From the IMG/VR virus record IMGVR_UViG_3300042197_002243: a DNA stretch of 64,000 nucleotides, one strand, 5' to 3'. The notes under the pieces are model-generated. The model ran no database searches. It had not been told where the DNA came from and worked only from the letters and a program-made list of their open reading frames with translations. The translations under genes and the position numbers were made by a program. Source of the DNA: a virus. The first letter of the stretch is position 1. Each line of letters starts with the position of its first letter. Positions 9,266-19,950 of the stretch are shown here, piece after piece.

Positions 9266-10699
9266 TTACATTAAGTTCTTTACCGCAACTCTTCTGTAGT
9301 AGCGGTTGCTGTTAACACGCAGTCTTCCGAGACCCTGGTTTGTACCTTCAGCGAATGGGTTGGCAACAATTCCGTAACGGGTCTTGAAGCCGATTTTTGG
9401 CTGGAAGGAGTTCTCACCAACGGCACGAACCATTTGGAGAGGAACATATGGGCAATAGAAGAGACCTGCATCATAAGGCGAAGAACCCTTATAACCAACA
9501 ACGTAGTACTGGTTGGATCCTTGTGCCAGACCGCTGTTATCAGCAGCCAGGTTTGCCGAATATGGGTCGATATATACGCGATACTTACCTTGGATTGTAC
9601 CAGCGAAGGTGTTGCCGGTATCATCAACGTTCAGGTTAGCGTTGAGTGCAGGAGTGTAGTCGAGAACACCAGCCATGGTCAGTGCTGAAGCAACGTCAGC
9701 AGAGCACATGATGATGTTACCCTTACCGCGACGAGTTCTCTGAGCGATTCTGTTTGCATCTCTTTCGATTTGGAACAGAAGACCCTTGAACTTTTCAACT
9801 GACCAACGACCGTTGGAGTCGATGTCGAGGTCGAATACACCAGCGGTAGCGGTGTTTTCTACAGCACCTTGCTCAGCAATCTTATAGATGGTTCTGATAA
9901 CTTCGCGGTTGATTTCAGCAAGAATCTCGGTTGAGAGAATGTTTGCTAATTCAGCCTCAGCATTCAGACCGTGGATTGCCTTGAGGTCTTGAGCGAGCTC
10001 GAGTGAGTACTCAGCCTTCAGAGCGCGTGACTTTGCAGTAACGGTGACTTTCTCGATCGAGAATGCCATCTGGTTGAAAGCGTTGCTTCCAGTACCATCC
10101 AGGTTCTCTGCATCGCCAGTTGGCATACCTGAACCAACGTTGTACGCGGTTGAGGTTGCAGTACCAACAGGGTTCAGGATTGAAGGGTTGGTGCCACCCT
10201 GAGCAGTTGTACCGATACCAGCAGCAGCATCAGCGAAACCACCAGTAACATCGAATCCAGCATCTTGACCAGAGAATGCGGTATCAACTTCGTTGAAGAA
10301 GGTCTCAGAACCGCTCTGGTTGCTGTAGCGGGAACGCATTGCGAAGATGAGTCCAGTAGGACCACTCATTGGTTGAACGCCAGCCAGGTCATACGCGACC
10401 AGATTTGGCATTGAACGACGGATCAGTGAGATCAGAACGGGGTCGAAACCAGCGGTAGGACCACCAGCAGCAGCAGAGCCACTGAATCCGGTTACACCAG
10501 CACTACTTGCAGTAGCGTTGGTTGGTGCTTCCATCAGGTTCATGCCTGATGAGAATGCTGCTTCCTCACGGAGGAATTTTTCTTGGTTTTCTAACAGGAC
10601 GGCGGTTACCGCTCTACGATGGGAATCTTTGATTGCATCAAGACCCTCATAGTTGAGGAGTGGTGCCCACTTCTCCTGCAGATGCTCGTTGTTGAACAT
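9266..10699 (-). CDS. g23: major capsid protein gp23
   Basis: KWAPLL, LIRRSMPNL, VQPMSGPTGLIFAMR, KSRALKAEY, FQPKIGFKTRYG; probable LME/A maturation site. Confidence 0.99.
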   Translation of the reverse strand: MFNNEHLQEKWAPLLNYEGLDAIKDSHRRAVTAVLLENQEKFLREEAAFSSGMNLMEAPTNATASSAGVTGFSGSAAAGGPTAGFDPVLISLIRRSMPNLVAYDLAGVQPMSGPTGLIFAMRSRYSNQSGSETFFNEVDTAFSGQDAGFDVTGGFADAAAGIGTTAQGGTNPSILNPVGTATSTAYNVGSGMPTGDAENLDGTGSNAFNQMAFSIEKVTVTAKSRALKAEYSLELAQDLKAIHGLNAEAELANILSTEILAEINREVIRTIYKIAEQGAVENTATAGVFDLDIDSNGRWSVEKFKGLLFQIERDANRIAQRTRRGKGNIIMCSADVASALTMAGVLDYTPALNANLNVDDTGNTFAGTIQGKYRVYIDPYSANLAADNSGLAQGSNQYYVVGYKGSSPYDAGLFYCPYVPLQMVRAVGENSFQPKIGFKTRYGIVANPFAEGTNQGLGRLRVNSNRYYRRVAVKNLM

Positions 10700-10743
10700 T
10701 TGCGTTTACCTTTGTGAATGTTTGCGTTTGATTAATGTTAAAT

Positions 10744-11841
10744 TCAGTTCTTAGCAACAGCTTGAAGAGTTCTCAGGTATGCAGCCATTGGACCCGAAAT
10801 AGATTCAGGTGATTGATCTACACCCTCAGAGAGAGTTTCAGTGTGTGCCTTTGGAGTTTTATTCGCTGGGAAATATGATTCCTTCAGCATCTCCAGTTTT
10901 TCACGATATTCTTCGTCACTTTCAAACTCAACACTTTCGGCAAGTGAAGCGAGCTTTTCTTTCTGAGTAACAGCAAGTCCCTCAGAAACTTGATCTAAGA
11001 TTCCATCAGCAACCGACTCTGCGAGACGCTTGTTAAGGGAAACGTTTTTCTCAATTTGCTCGTTGAGTTTTGTCTCCATTTCATCAAGTTTTTCTACCAT
11101 GCTCTCTAAAACATCATATTTATCTTCAGGGATTGAAACATAATGATCTTCAAAAAGTCCTCTCATTCCTTGGAGGAATGATTCGGTCATTTCGGTCTTA
11201 AGACCGTGCTCAATTGCGAGTTCGTTTTCTACGAACCACTCTTCTGAAACGTATTCGAGATAAGCATCGACACGCTCAGCGAGTGCTTCTTTGATAACTT
11301 CTACTTCTTCTACAAGTTTTTGCTCATATTGAGCTTCGATTGCTTCTTTAATTTCAGCAACCTTAGACTTCAGAGCAGCTTCAAAGATGGTCTTTGCCTT
11401 TTCTTTGAAACTTTCGGAGAGTTCTTCTCCGCCGAGGAGTGCATTTACATCATCTTCGATTTGGAATGACTCTTCCATCTCCTCTTCTTCTTCCTCTTCT
11501 TCTTCCTCTTCTTCTTCTTTCTTCTTAGCAGCTTCTAAGAGTTCTTCTTCATCTTCTTCAAACTCTTCCTTCATACCCTTCATTGGATCAGCGGATTTTG
11601 CACCTTTATTGACAACATCTCTGACTTGCTTCAGAGTTGCACCAGGAGTCTTCAGCTTTGCTGAATCATCATCGGGACGATAGTTAGAAGGATCTGGACC
11701 ACCAAGATCTTCTACATGTCCAAGTTGTGTACCTGGATCTGCCATATGAGGCATAGATTCCGCTGCCTTAGCATTTGAATTTACGGCAGTTTTGGATTGC
11801 TTAGTGCCTACTTCCATTTCTTGTAAATCTCCACGAGACAT
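10744..11841 (-). CDS. g22: prohead core scaffolding protein gp22
   Basis: Acidic coiled coil, LSESFKEKAKTIFEAA, many hydrophobic-X-E sites, located between g21 and g23. Confidence 0.95.
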   Translation of the reverse strand: MSRGDLQEMEVGTKQSKTAVNSNAKAAESMPHMADPGTQLGHVEDLGGPDPSNYRPDDDSAKLKTPGATLKQVRDVVNKGAKSADPMKGMKEEFEEDEEELLEAAKKKEEEEEEEEEEEEEMEESFQIEDDVNALLGGEELSESFKEKAKTIFEAALKSKVAEIKEAIEAQYEQKLVEEVEVIKEALAERVDAYLEYVSEEWFVENELAIEHGLKTEMTESFLQGMRGLFEDHYVSIPEDKYDVLESMVEKLDEMETKLNEQIEKNVSLNKRLAESVADGILDQVSEGLAVTQKEKLASLAESVEFESDEEYREKLEMLKESYFPANKTPKAHTETLSEGVDQSPESISGPMAAYLRTLQAVAKN

Positions 11842-11879
11842 TTGAACTCTCCGTTTAACCTTTGGTTATAAACTATATT

Positions 11880-11887
11880 TATTTATA
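11880..11887 (-). promoter_or_regulatory. T4 late promoter TATAAATA
   Basis: Perfect consensus upstream of g22-g23. Confidence 0.8.
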
Positions 11888-11897
11888 ATTTGACAAA

Positions 11898-12548
11898 TTA
11901 CAGATTATTTAAGAAATCATTGAACAGATTCAATTTCTGCTCGTCCAATTTCTTCTGGTCAACAAGAGTATTGATTCTCTTGTAGGTTTTTGTAGCATAC
12001 TTTTCACGAAGAATGCCACCATCCCAAACCCATTCTTTACCTTCCATAATTCCTGATACAAATGCATCAGGAGCAGAAGGATCCGCTACGATATCTGCAG
12101 CAGTTGCAAGCATAAAGTCTTCTCCAACAACGTTGATTCCTTCACGACTAACTCTGAGAGAACCAACACCACGAGAAGAAACACCTAACTTAACACCTTC
12201 AGAAATTAGGGATTCTGCAATTTTACCCATTGGTGTATTGAGGATTTTAGCTTTACCAATGAAGTTAGAACCACTTTCACGCAAAGAAGTAATTTTGTGA
12301 GAAACCCGATCAAGGTTTACAGTAGGGCCATCTGGATGACCAAGTTCTCCAAGAGCTCTTCCTGCCTGAACATGGTTTTCATTATAACGAGCAACTTCAC
12401 GACGAAGAGTTTCCATAGGATACATACGACCATTGCGGTTCTTGATATCCCCTTGAAGGAAAACACCTTCAATATAGAGTGACTTTTTACCGTTGCGTTC
12501 TTCAACGATAAACTCTACTGATTCGATTTCTTCTCTGATGAGTTTCAT
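11898..12548 (-). CDS. g21: prohead protease gp21
   Basis: NRNGRMY, GELGHP, GVSSRG, DIVADPSAPDAF; likely start MKLIREE at 12548 rather than 12602. Confidence 0.96.
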   Translation of the reverse strand: MKLIREEIESVEFIVEERNGKKSLYIEGVFLQGDIKNRNGRMYPMETLRREVARYNENHVQAGRALGELGHPDGPTVNLDRVSHKITSLRESGSNFIGKAKILNTPMGKIAESLISEGVKLGVSSRGVGSLRVSREGINVVGEDFMLATAADIVADPSAPDAFVSGIMEGKEWVWDGGILREKYATKTYKRINTLVDQKKLDEQKLNLFNDFLNNL

Positions 12549-12549
12549 T

Positions 12550-13101
12550 TTATGCTTGACCGGTAATTTGTACTTGTTGGGTATAAAGAGTTCCAGCACC
12601 ACTATCGGTAATGGCTGCGACTTTAATTGAGTTTCTCAGAATTGCATCAGGATCAGCAAATGAAGTAGCAATTCCAGAAGTATCTGTTGCAATTCCAATT
12701 CTTGTTGAATAATATCCACCCTGATTCGAAGTATTATATACTTGAATAACTGGGGCATGAGTGAAATTATAATAAGTCTGCTGAGATGCAGTCAAAGTTA
12801 CATAGTCACCAATTCCAAAAGGTGATGCCTGACCTTCAGGGAAATCAACATAAGTTGTGGTTCCAGTTGTAACTCCAACAATTCTTGCCGATCCATTATC
12901 AATTGCAAGAGTTGCAGAAGTTCCAGAAGGAATGCAATAATCACCTGTAGTGGCAGTTGGCTCTGTTCCAATCGCAACAAACGCATTTGCGCCAGTTGCA
13001 ACTAATCTGAGAGTGTTAGATCTCCCAGAAAAAGCTGTCGATTTTGATGAAGTTGTGGATGTGGTAAACGAAATACCAGATCCAACTGGTCTATGGGTCA
13101 T
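12550..13101 (-). CDS. hypothetical, probable virion protein
   Basis: 183 aa, G/S/T-rich beta protein; late promoter AATAAATA at 13126-13133. Confidence 0.7.
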   Translation of the reverse strand: MTHRPVGSGISFTTSTTSSKSTAFSGRSNTLRLVATGANAFVAIGTEPTATTGDYCIPSGTSATLAIDNGSARIVGVTTGTTTYVDFPEGQASPFGIGDYVTLTASQQTYYNFTHAPVIQVYNTSNQGGYYSTRIGIATDTSGIATSFADPDAILRNSIKVAAITDSGAGTLYTQQVQITGQA

Positions 13102-13139
13102 TATTCTTATAATACATTTAATAGTTATTTATTATTTAA

Positions 13140-14441
13140 TCAAGTTAGGTCAAAGAAACTCAAAGAACCAATAATATCCCCAGTTCCAGTCAATACTCTT
13201 GCTGCAAGAGTATAAGTATCACTTACTTTTGCTTGAGTTCTACCAAGTTGCAAATCCCAGTTATAATCAATATCTGTTGAAATTGGTAGTGCTGCAGAAC
13301 CACCACCAAAAACTCCTACATCTGCACTTACAACATAACTATGATAAACAATTGTTCCACCAGTTAATGAAGATGCACTGATATCTCCCTGAACATTTGG
13401 TGAGTCGGTTGATGTCCAACCCACACCACTGAGAGTTGCATTTTTAATAACTGCAATCTCAAAGAAATCTCCATCTGTTGATGTGGGAAGAACTGCAAAT
13501 TGTTTGAGAAGAACAACTGCATCTTCTCTTCCAGGTGCGAGACGAATACTTGCAAGTGGTTCAAATGATGTTCCGACTGTTGTATCGGATGTTCTTCTTA
13601 CAATTTTTTCTGAAACTTTCTTTTCATAACCACCATTAGATTGAACTGATATACAAATCTGTTTCATCATAGATGATGATGTTGTAATACCAGTATTGAA
13701 TATCTCATAACGACAAGGAAGTGTTGCAGTCGTCATATAAACACTATCAAGCACATTTGCGTGATTGAAGATATGTGCAATATGTGCGTTTCCATCAGCA
13801 TTAATAAAACCAACTCTAATTGCACCTGCACCTAACCACTCATATTCTGTAAAAAATATTTGTGACTTTGTTAAATCTAAAGTAACACCACTTGGGCCAG
13901 TTCCATCCATCTTATCCACATTCCATTCTGATTGAGGAACAGAAACTGTTGTTCCAACACCAGAAATTCCTGTGCGTTTGATAATATTAACTTGAGAACC
14001 ATTCAGTTCCAACATCACACCATTTTCAGATGATGCGTATCCCGCTCTTTGAACTAGATTTGCTTTTGCGGGATTGAATACAAATGTTTGAAGAACTTGA
14101 AGTGATTTTCCTGGTAGATATGGAAATACTCTTTTGGTTTCACGAATTATTGAACATCCTGCAGTTGTTCCTATTCCAAGTGATGCAGTGCTTTGTGCGG
14201 TTATAATACCAACAGTAGAACCCGCACCAACAATTACATCACTAAATTGCCCATCAAGGTCATAACGATTTACATTATCAAAAAGTGTGTATGGTTGTGA
14301 TATTTTTAATCTACCAAATAAATCCAATTGGAAATTATTTGCTAATGCTATTGGAAATGGATTTGTATTACTTACTGCAGAAGTGCCAATGCCAGTATTG
14401 ACTACTACATTTGCTGGTTGGGGAAGAGGATTATATGACAT
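13140..14441 (-). CDS. hypothetical beta-rich protein, probable virion component
   Basis: LDLFGRLKISQPYTLFD motif; likely start MSYNP at 14441 (TAATG overlap with the upstream stop). Confidence 0.7.
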   Translation of the reverse strand: MSYNPLPQPANVVVNTGIGTSAVSNTNPFPIALANNFQLDLFGRLKISQPYTLFDNVNRYDLDGQFSDVIVGAGSTVGIITAQSTASLGIGTTAGCSIIRETKRVFPYLPGKSLQVLQTFVFNPAKANLVQRAGYASSENGVMLELNGSQVNIIKRTGISGVGTTVSVPQSEWNVDKMDGTGPSGVTLDLTKSQIFFTEYEWLGAGAIRVGFINADGNAHIAHIFNHANVLDSVYMTTATLPCRYEIFNTGITTSSSMMKQICISVQSNGGYEKKVSEKIVRRTSDTTVGTSFEPLASIRLAPGREDAVVLLKQFAVLPTSTDGDFFEIAVIKNATLSGVGWTSTDSPNVQGDISASSLTGGTIVYHSYVVSADVGVFGGGSAALPISTDIDYNWDLQLGRTQAKVSDTYTLAARVLTGTGDIIGSLSFFDLT

Positions 14442-15196
14442 TAGATTATATACCAATTAGAACCGTTGTAAAAATAAGTAAAACTTTGATGATTGGAATT
14501 CATAATAACTGAAGTATTATTCTCAACACTTTGTCCAATACCTGTTTGAACTGTAATATTATATGTAGATATATTGTTTCCCTCGTCTTTTACTGTAATC
14601 TTTTTGCCAATACTTGGAGATAAAGGAAGAACTACTGTAACTGGGACATTCGCACTTACACCAATATAATCATCAGTATTTGATGCTTGATAGTATGTGG
14701 TAATACCAGTGATAGATACTACACTTGTAATGCCAACAGCATCACCAACCCATTTGCCAGATGATGCATCATACTTCAAATAATAACCATTATTTTTCGC
14801 AGAATTTCTATCAACATCATCTAAAAACTCAAGACGAGTTTCACCACCTCCACCTAATGTGGAAAGTTGTTGCTGAATTCTTTCTAAGAATAATCTATAA
14901 TGATTTTGAAGATCTTCGAGTGTTGCAAAATTTTGAGTGAGGGGTGTAAGAGGATCTTGTTGAATTTTTTGATCTGATGGTTGAGCAAGAAGGCCTAAAG
15001 ATTTTTCAATTAATGATTGCTCTTCTTTTTGCTCTATTACTATCTTTTTGACCTTTTTTTTATTTTTGTTTGGATTAGAAAATCCTTCAAAAATATCATC
15101 AAAATCCAAATCTCCAATAATAGATTTAAATTCTTCTTCTTTTTTTCGTTTCTCTTCTGCAACCAAATTAAAGAAAGAAGATAAGTCTTCAGACAT
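14441..15196 (-). CDS. hypothetical protein; charged N-terminus and fibre/baseplate-like C-terminal beta domain
   Basis: RIQQQLSTLGGGGE linker; C-terminal VTVVLPLSPSIGKKITVKDEGNN...W domain. Confidence 0.7.
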   Translation of the reverse strand: MSEDLSSFFNLVAEEKRKKEEEFKSIIGDLDFDDIFEGFSNPNKNKKKVKKIVIEQKEEQSLIEKSLGLLAQPSDQKIQQDPLTPLTQNFATLEDLQNHYRLFLERIQQQLSTLGGGGETRLEFLDDVDRNSAKNNGYYLKYDASSGKWVGDAVGITSVVSITGITTYYQASNTDDYIGVSANVPVTVVLPLSPSIGKKITVKDEGNNISTYNITVQTGIGQSVENNTSVIMNSNHQSFTYFYNGSNWYII

Positions 15197-15199
15197 TTA

Positions 15200-15382
15200 T
15201 TACTCTTCCTCGTCAGAATATTCTTGCTCAGAATTATCAAACATTGAAGATGCAACTAAAGGTCTAAATGCATCTACCTTTTCACCAGATTTGGCAAAAA
15301 GTAAATCTTTAATTTTGTCACTGATTTGTGAGGGACTTTCATCAGTAACAATCATATCCATTAATTCGTCCATGACTTCCAA
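15200..15382 (-). CDS. small acidic protein, possible prohead core (gp67-like position)
   Basis: 60 aa, acidic, directly after g20; late promoter GATAAATA at 15399-15406. Confidence 0.65.
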   Translation of the reverse strand: MEVMDELMDMIVTDESPSQISDKIKDLLFAKSGEKVDAFRPLVASSMFDNSEQEYSDEEE

Positions 15383-15404
15383 AATAAGTAATCTTTTTTA
15401 TTTA

Positions 15405-17081
15405 TCAGATTTCGCCACCCTTGGGCATTTTAACCTCAGGAGGTTCAACAGATTTTGCATTAACTTCTGGTTCCATGACTGGAGCTCCAAGATCTCCTGT
15501 CATCATTCCGGGCATTGGTTGACCTGTAGCAGGATCAATCATCATTTCAGCGGGATCTGGAATTGTACCATCCTTAATTTCTTTTTCAATAATTGCATCT
15601 TGCTCAACAATTTCTTCATCAGTTTGGCGAAGAATCTTTCTACGAATATAATCTTGTGAAAAATATTTGCCGACATATGGTTCTGCTTGAGCAACCATAT
15701 TTAATCTTTCAGTCAGAAGCTCTGATTCTTTGAGTTCTGCAAAGTGGTTATCATAGAGGAAGTCGTATTGAATATGCTCACTCATCATTTCCCAATCTTC
15801 TGGAGTAATAATGTTCTTGAGAATCAATTGCGTCTTCAGCATATCATTGAACATTGCTGAAAATCTTTTTCTCAAACGTCCAACAAACTTACTGAACTTA
15901 ACTTCATCTCTTAAAATTTCTGATGAACGTCCAAGATTAAATCCACCTTCGCCACCAATTCTTGATGATGGAACGTTCAGTGAACGATAAAGTTTTTCTT
16001 GGAAGTACTTAATATCAGTAATTTCACCAAGGTTTTGGCCACCAGGAAGAGTAGTGATCTCAGTTCCTCTACCACCTTCACGGCGAGGTAACCAGAAATC
16101 CTCAAGCATACTCATGTATTTTTTATCATCACGGATTTCACCAGTGTTTGCATCATACACAAGTTTGTTACGATAACGCATCATAACATCACGAAGATAT
16201 TGTTCTGCTTTAATTTTGGGAAGATTGCCAACATCAATATAAAAAATTCTTCTTTCTGGAGCACGAGACAATCTATAAATGACAAGACTGTCTTCAATCA
16301 TTCTCAGTTGATTAAGAGCCTTAATTGCTTTGTGCAAGTACGATAATGTTGATCCTTTATTTCTATCTACGAGACCAGATGTGCAATATGTAATTGCATC
16401 TCTTGAAATCTTAATACCTTTTTGATCTCCAAGAGATGATGGATTTGATGTTGGATATGTTGCTTGTGGAGTGTAAATAAAATATTCTTCAATCTCAGGA
16501 AACTCATACTGCATTGGATTATCCTGATTCATGTTGGATAATCTGACACTACGATTATCTTTATCCGTTTTTTTAGTCTGCCTCACATAACGAATTTTCA
16601 TAGAGTCAATATATCTTAACTCTTGAATTCCCTCATGTGGGTTTTTAAGATCGATTACTTTATGATAATACAATCTTCCGTCAATATACCAATTTCTATA
16701 AATCTCATGAGATTTTTTATCAAAATCTAAAAGGTCTAAAATACCTTTAAACTCTTGTCGGATTATTTTTTTAATACCATCACTTGCATTTAAGTTTGAT
16801 AATTCAATTTCTACTGGAGTGTCATTTGTATCTGAAACAATAGCCTCATTTACAATATCTTCAATTGCACTATCACACTCTGGATGCAGTGCCATTTCAC
16901 GATATCTTTTAATTAAATCAAATTCGGTTCTATAAATCCCTTCCAGATCAACATAAGAACCAAAAAATCCACTGGTTAAATAATGGTCAACCCCGTCCTC
17001 ATTATTGGGAGGAACGGGGGAAACCACACCGGGGGATAATGGTTCTTTATCTTCAATAGAGAAACCAAAAAGTTTTGCCAT
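15405..17081 (-). CDS. g20: portal vertex protein gp20
   Basis: YRLSRAPERRIFYIDVGNLPK and EDFWLPRREGGRGTEI motifs; late promoter GATAAATA at 17107-17114. Confidence 0.99.
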   Translation of the reverse strand: MAKLFGFSIEDKEPLSPGVVSPVPPNNEDGVDHYLTSGFFGSYVDLEGIYRTEFDLIKRYREMALHPECDSAIEDIVNEAIVSDTNDTPVEIELSNLNASDGIKKIIRQEFKGILDLLDFDKKSHEIYRNWYIDGRLYYHKVIDLKNPHEGIQELRYIDSMKIRYVRQTKKTDKDNRSVRLSNMNQDNPMQYEFPEIEEYFIYTPQATYPTSNPSSLGDQKGIKISRDAITYCTSGLVDRNKGSTLSYLHKAIKALNQLRMIEDSLVIYRLSRAPERRIFYIDVGNLPKIKAEQYLRDVMMRYRNKLVYDANTGEIRDDKKYMSMLEDFWLPRREGGRGTEITTLPGGQNLGEITDIKYFQEKLYRSLNVPSSRIGGEGGFNLGRSSEILRDEVKFSKFVGRLRKRFSAMFNDMLKTQLILKNIITPEDWEMMSEHIQYDFLYDNHFAELKESELLTERLNMVAQAEPYVGKYFSQDYIRRKILRQTDEEIVEQDAIIEKEIKDGTIPDPAEMMIDPATGQPMPGMMTGDLGAPVMEPEVNAKSVEPPEVKMPKGGEI

Positions 17082-17112
17082 TATTAAAGTGTAGACTTAT
17101 TTGTACTATTTA

Positions 17113-17727
17113 TCAAGCACCAGAACCGGCAGCCTCAGGATAGAAGTACTGAATCTGGAATTCTACAGTAAACTCTTCAATTGCATTCTCAGTTTCATAT
17201 GAAAGAGGAATATCTGAAATTGAAGTTGGGAAAATATCAACGAACTTATACTGTGCAAGAATGTTTGAAGGACCTGAAGTTGTTCCTTCACCTTGCTGAG
17301 AAGCAGCAGTTCTTCCCAGTTGATAAACTGTTGCATTGCCCATGTAGTCTTGTGGGTTTGTCAAACCTGAGCTGTCGCCATATTGAGCAACGTTTTGCAT
17401 CCATGCTTCAAATGATCTTCTGTGAGAAAAGTTTTCATCATTGATAATCGTTACTGACCAATTATCAAAAGATCTATCGCCAGCAACTTTTAAAGTTCTT
17501 CCTCTAAAAGGAATTGCAATCTCACTAACTGTCGATGCTGGAAGTGCAGCAGACTTACACATAAATCTAAAGTTTTCGCTGTCAAATGTTCCTGTACCAT
17601 CATTTTGAATTCCAAGATTTACTCCTGCTGGAAATGCAACACTAACCTCAAACAGGTTAGGACGAACACCACCACCAATGAGTTTTGACTTAAACTGTGA
17701 GATGTTTCTTGTTGGAATTTGTGCCAT
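17113..17727 (-). CDS. g19: tail tube protein gp19
   Basis: GGGVRPNLFEV, FRGRTLKVAGDR, IEEFTVEF. Confidence 0.96.
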   Translation of the reverse strand: MAQIPTRNISQFKSKLIGGGVRPNLFEVSVAFPAGVNLGIQNDGTGTFDSENFRFMCKSAALPASTVSEIAIPFRGRTLKVAGDRSFDNWSVTIINDENFSHRRSFEAWMQNVAQYGDSSGLTNPQDYMGNATVYQLGRTAASQQGEGTTSGPSNILAQYKFVDIFPTSISDIPLSYETENAIEEFTVEFQIQYFYPEAAGSGA

Positions 17728-17760
17728 TTTTAGGGTCCTCCTTAGTGATTAATTATAAGA

Positions 17761-19950
17761 TCAAACAGTTCCTGCAACTTCCTCAAAGCTGACCCCAGTT
17801 CGAGTCGCTACGAAAGTTAAGGTTACGTAGTTAATTGACTTTGTTGGTTTCAGGTAAATATCAGCTCTGAATTCATTGTTATCAATAACATCAGGAGTAT
17901 TATTTGTTTCATCACAAACAACTAAGAAGTCGTAAAGACCACGCTTTGCCTGAATGTCTCTCAGGTATGGTTCAACAATATTAACAAAGTTTGATCTTGT
18001 AATTTGATCGTTCAGTTCAAAGAGTTGAGCGTTTGCAGTTCTTTCGAGTGCTTGTTCGATTGTCAGGAAGAGGCGACGAACATTGATTCTATCAAATGCA
18101 GAAGCATATGAAAGTGCTGTTTTGTCTCCGTAAAGAATAATTCCCGTTCCTGGTTGATTGATGATTGAGTTAATTCTCAATGGATATAACTGATCTCGTT
18201 GTGCCTTTGATGGATTGTATGCAAGTTTGGTTGCATTGTTCAATACACCTCTTTGCTGACCAGCTGGTGAGAACCATGGATAAGAAGTGATCACTGTTCT
18301 TACCATCAATCCTGCAATGTCACCATTGCATGGAATATAACGGAAAGTATTATTGAATCTATCATATGTGTACTTATATCCACTGTCAAAGACTGCGTAT
18401 GATGAAGATGATAATGGAGAGAAAAATTCGATTATATTTGTTGTTTGTGTTGTTGAATTTGTAACATTAACAACATCTGCTCTATGAGGAGAAATTATCG
18501 CTAAACAGTCCTTTCTTTCATTTGCAATTGAAATTAGGTAATTTGCTTTTGCTTGCGATTCAAATTTGTTTGATAAACCAGGACCCATTAACAAATAATC
18601 GATAGCAATTTCATCCTTATTTGAGAACAATTGATATGAACTTGTTAAGAAAGATAATCCGGCAACCATACCATTTCCTGCTCCATAGTCAGCACCACCA
18701 CTTAAAGTATATGATGCATTACCTATTGAACTAAAAGTTTTTCCTTGTGCAGGTAAATTCCATTGACCTTCAGATTCTGTATTGGCAACAAATGCAGTCG
18801 AAAATCCAGCAGCTCTTGGAGCAGTACCATGGTAATCATCTATACCAACAGAAGGATTGTCGCCGGCATAAAGGTATGCAGAATTATCCGCAATATAATT
18901 TTTCCAGAAAATTTTCTGTGGAGAATTGACTGCAGAAACAGCATCTGTGGCCTTTGAAAGACCAATATGCTTTTCTAAAAGATTTCCCTGAATTCCCGTT
19001 AAAGTTCCTCTGTCATCATATACAACAACATGAATTTCATCATTTTTACAATTTCTATCTGAAGCATATGATGATGTTGATGGTTTTGGTGCAATAGACT
19101 TCCAATAAACTGTAGAATTTGTTAGTCCAAGCGTTTGTTGATCGTACCAATCGTCAACAGTTACTGCAGTAGTATTTGATCCCGTTTGTATCCCCGATGC
19201 ATTAATAAATTTTAATGTGTCATTTGCTGTAAATGATGAAGCTCTATCCGATTGTTTGTATGAAATGGCAGTCTCCGTTCCACCTGAAGAAACTCTTGAA
19301 ACAAGTCTTACATCAATTGTGCTGTTTCCATTGGTCGTATCTGTAGAAACTCCAGTAATGATACCCTTTAAATATCCCGTAAATGAGTTTGTTACTCCTT
19401 CTCCGGGGATAGTAATTGCTGCTACAGAAACTGTGACACCAAAACCAACTGTAACACCAGCTGCGCTCGGACTCGTAGTATTGATACCAATTGTTTGGTC
19501 TGCTTTATTATCAATTACACAAATTTTCATATTATTTGCCCAAGAACCGGGATTCTTAGCAGCAAAAACAAAATTTACACTATCGGAAGAATGATTGGAC
19601 GTATAATCATCATAGTTATCAATTTGTAATGTAGTTGTAGCAGCATAACCAACAGCAGCGTTGGCATTATTTAAACCTGACCCACTAGTTCTAACAACTT
19701 TTAATACACCACCATAACTTAAAAATGAGGATGCTGTCATCCAATATTCATATTGAGCATCAGTTGATAATGGTTTTCCAAATGTATTAATTAATTGTGC
19801 TTCTGTTGAGATATCGATTGGTTCATCAACTGGTCCCATAGCGAAAGGACCTGCAATTGCTCCGATATTATCGAGAACATTATCAGCTCTTCCTACGGTT
19901 AAGTCAACTTCCCTGATAAGTACACCAGGAGATAATTGAGGAGTCGCCAT
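17761..19950 (-). CDS. g18: tail sheath protein gp18
   Basis: SPGVLIREVDLT, WFSPAG, FDRINVRRLF; late promoter AATAAATA at 19986-19993. Confidence 0.98.
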   Translation of the reverse strand: MATPQLSPGVLIREVDLTVGRADNVLDNIGAIAGPFAMGPVDEPIDISTEAQLINTFGKPLSTDAQYEYWMTASSFLSYGGVLKVVRTSGSGLNNANAAVGYAATTTLQIDNYDDYTSNHSSDSVNFVFAAKNPGSWANNMKICVIDNKADQTIGINTTSPSAAGVTVGFGVTVSVAAITIPGEGVTNSFTGYLKGIITGVSTDTTNGNSTIDVRLVSRVSSGGTETAISYKQSDRASSFTANDTLKFINASGIQTGSNTTAVTVDDWYDQQTLGLTNSTVYWKSIAPKPSTSSYASDRNCKNDEIHVVVYDDRGTLTGIQGNLLEKHIGLSKATDAVSAVNSPQKIFWKNYIADNSAYLYAGDNPSVGIDDYHGTAPRAAGFSTAFVANTESEGQWNLPAQGKTFSSIGNASYTLSGGADYGAGNGMVAGLSFLTSSYQLFSNKDEIAIDYLLMGPGLSNKFESQAKANYLISIANERKDCLAIISPHRADVVNVTNSTTQTTNIIEFFSPLSSSSYAVFDSGYKYTYDRFNNTFRYIPCNGDIAGLMVRTVITSYPWFSPAGQQRGVLNNATKLAYNPSKAQRDQLYPLRINSIINQPGTGIILYGDKTALSYASAFDRINVRRLFLTIEQALERTANAQLFELNDQITRSNFVNIVEPYLRDIQAKRGLYDFLVVCDETNNTPDVIDNNEFRADIYLKPTKSINYVTLTFVATRTGVSFEEVAGTV

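Noticed and set aside
10698-10730. AAACGCAAA direct repeat and a weak AACATT/AATGTT pairing at the g23 start
   Set aside because: Too short and AT-rich to distinguish from chance without comparative data.
12549-12602. N-terminal extension of gp21 in the ORF track
   Set aside because: It overlaps the upstream gene; MKLIREE at 12548 is the typical gp21 start.
15048-15659. 203-aa plus-strand ORF spanning the end of g20 and two downstream genes
   Set aside because: It is antisense to three well-supported genes, Ser/Phe-rich, and lacks expression signals.
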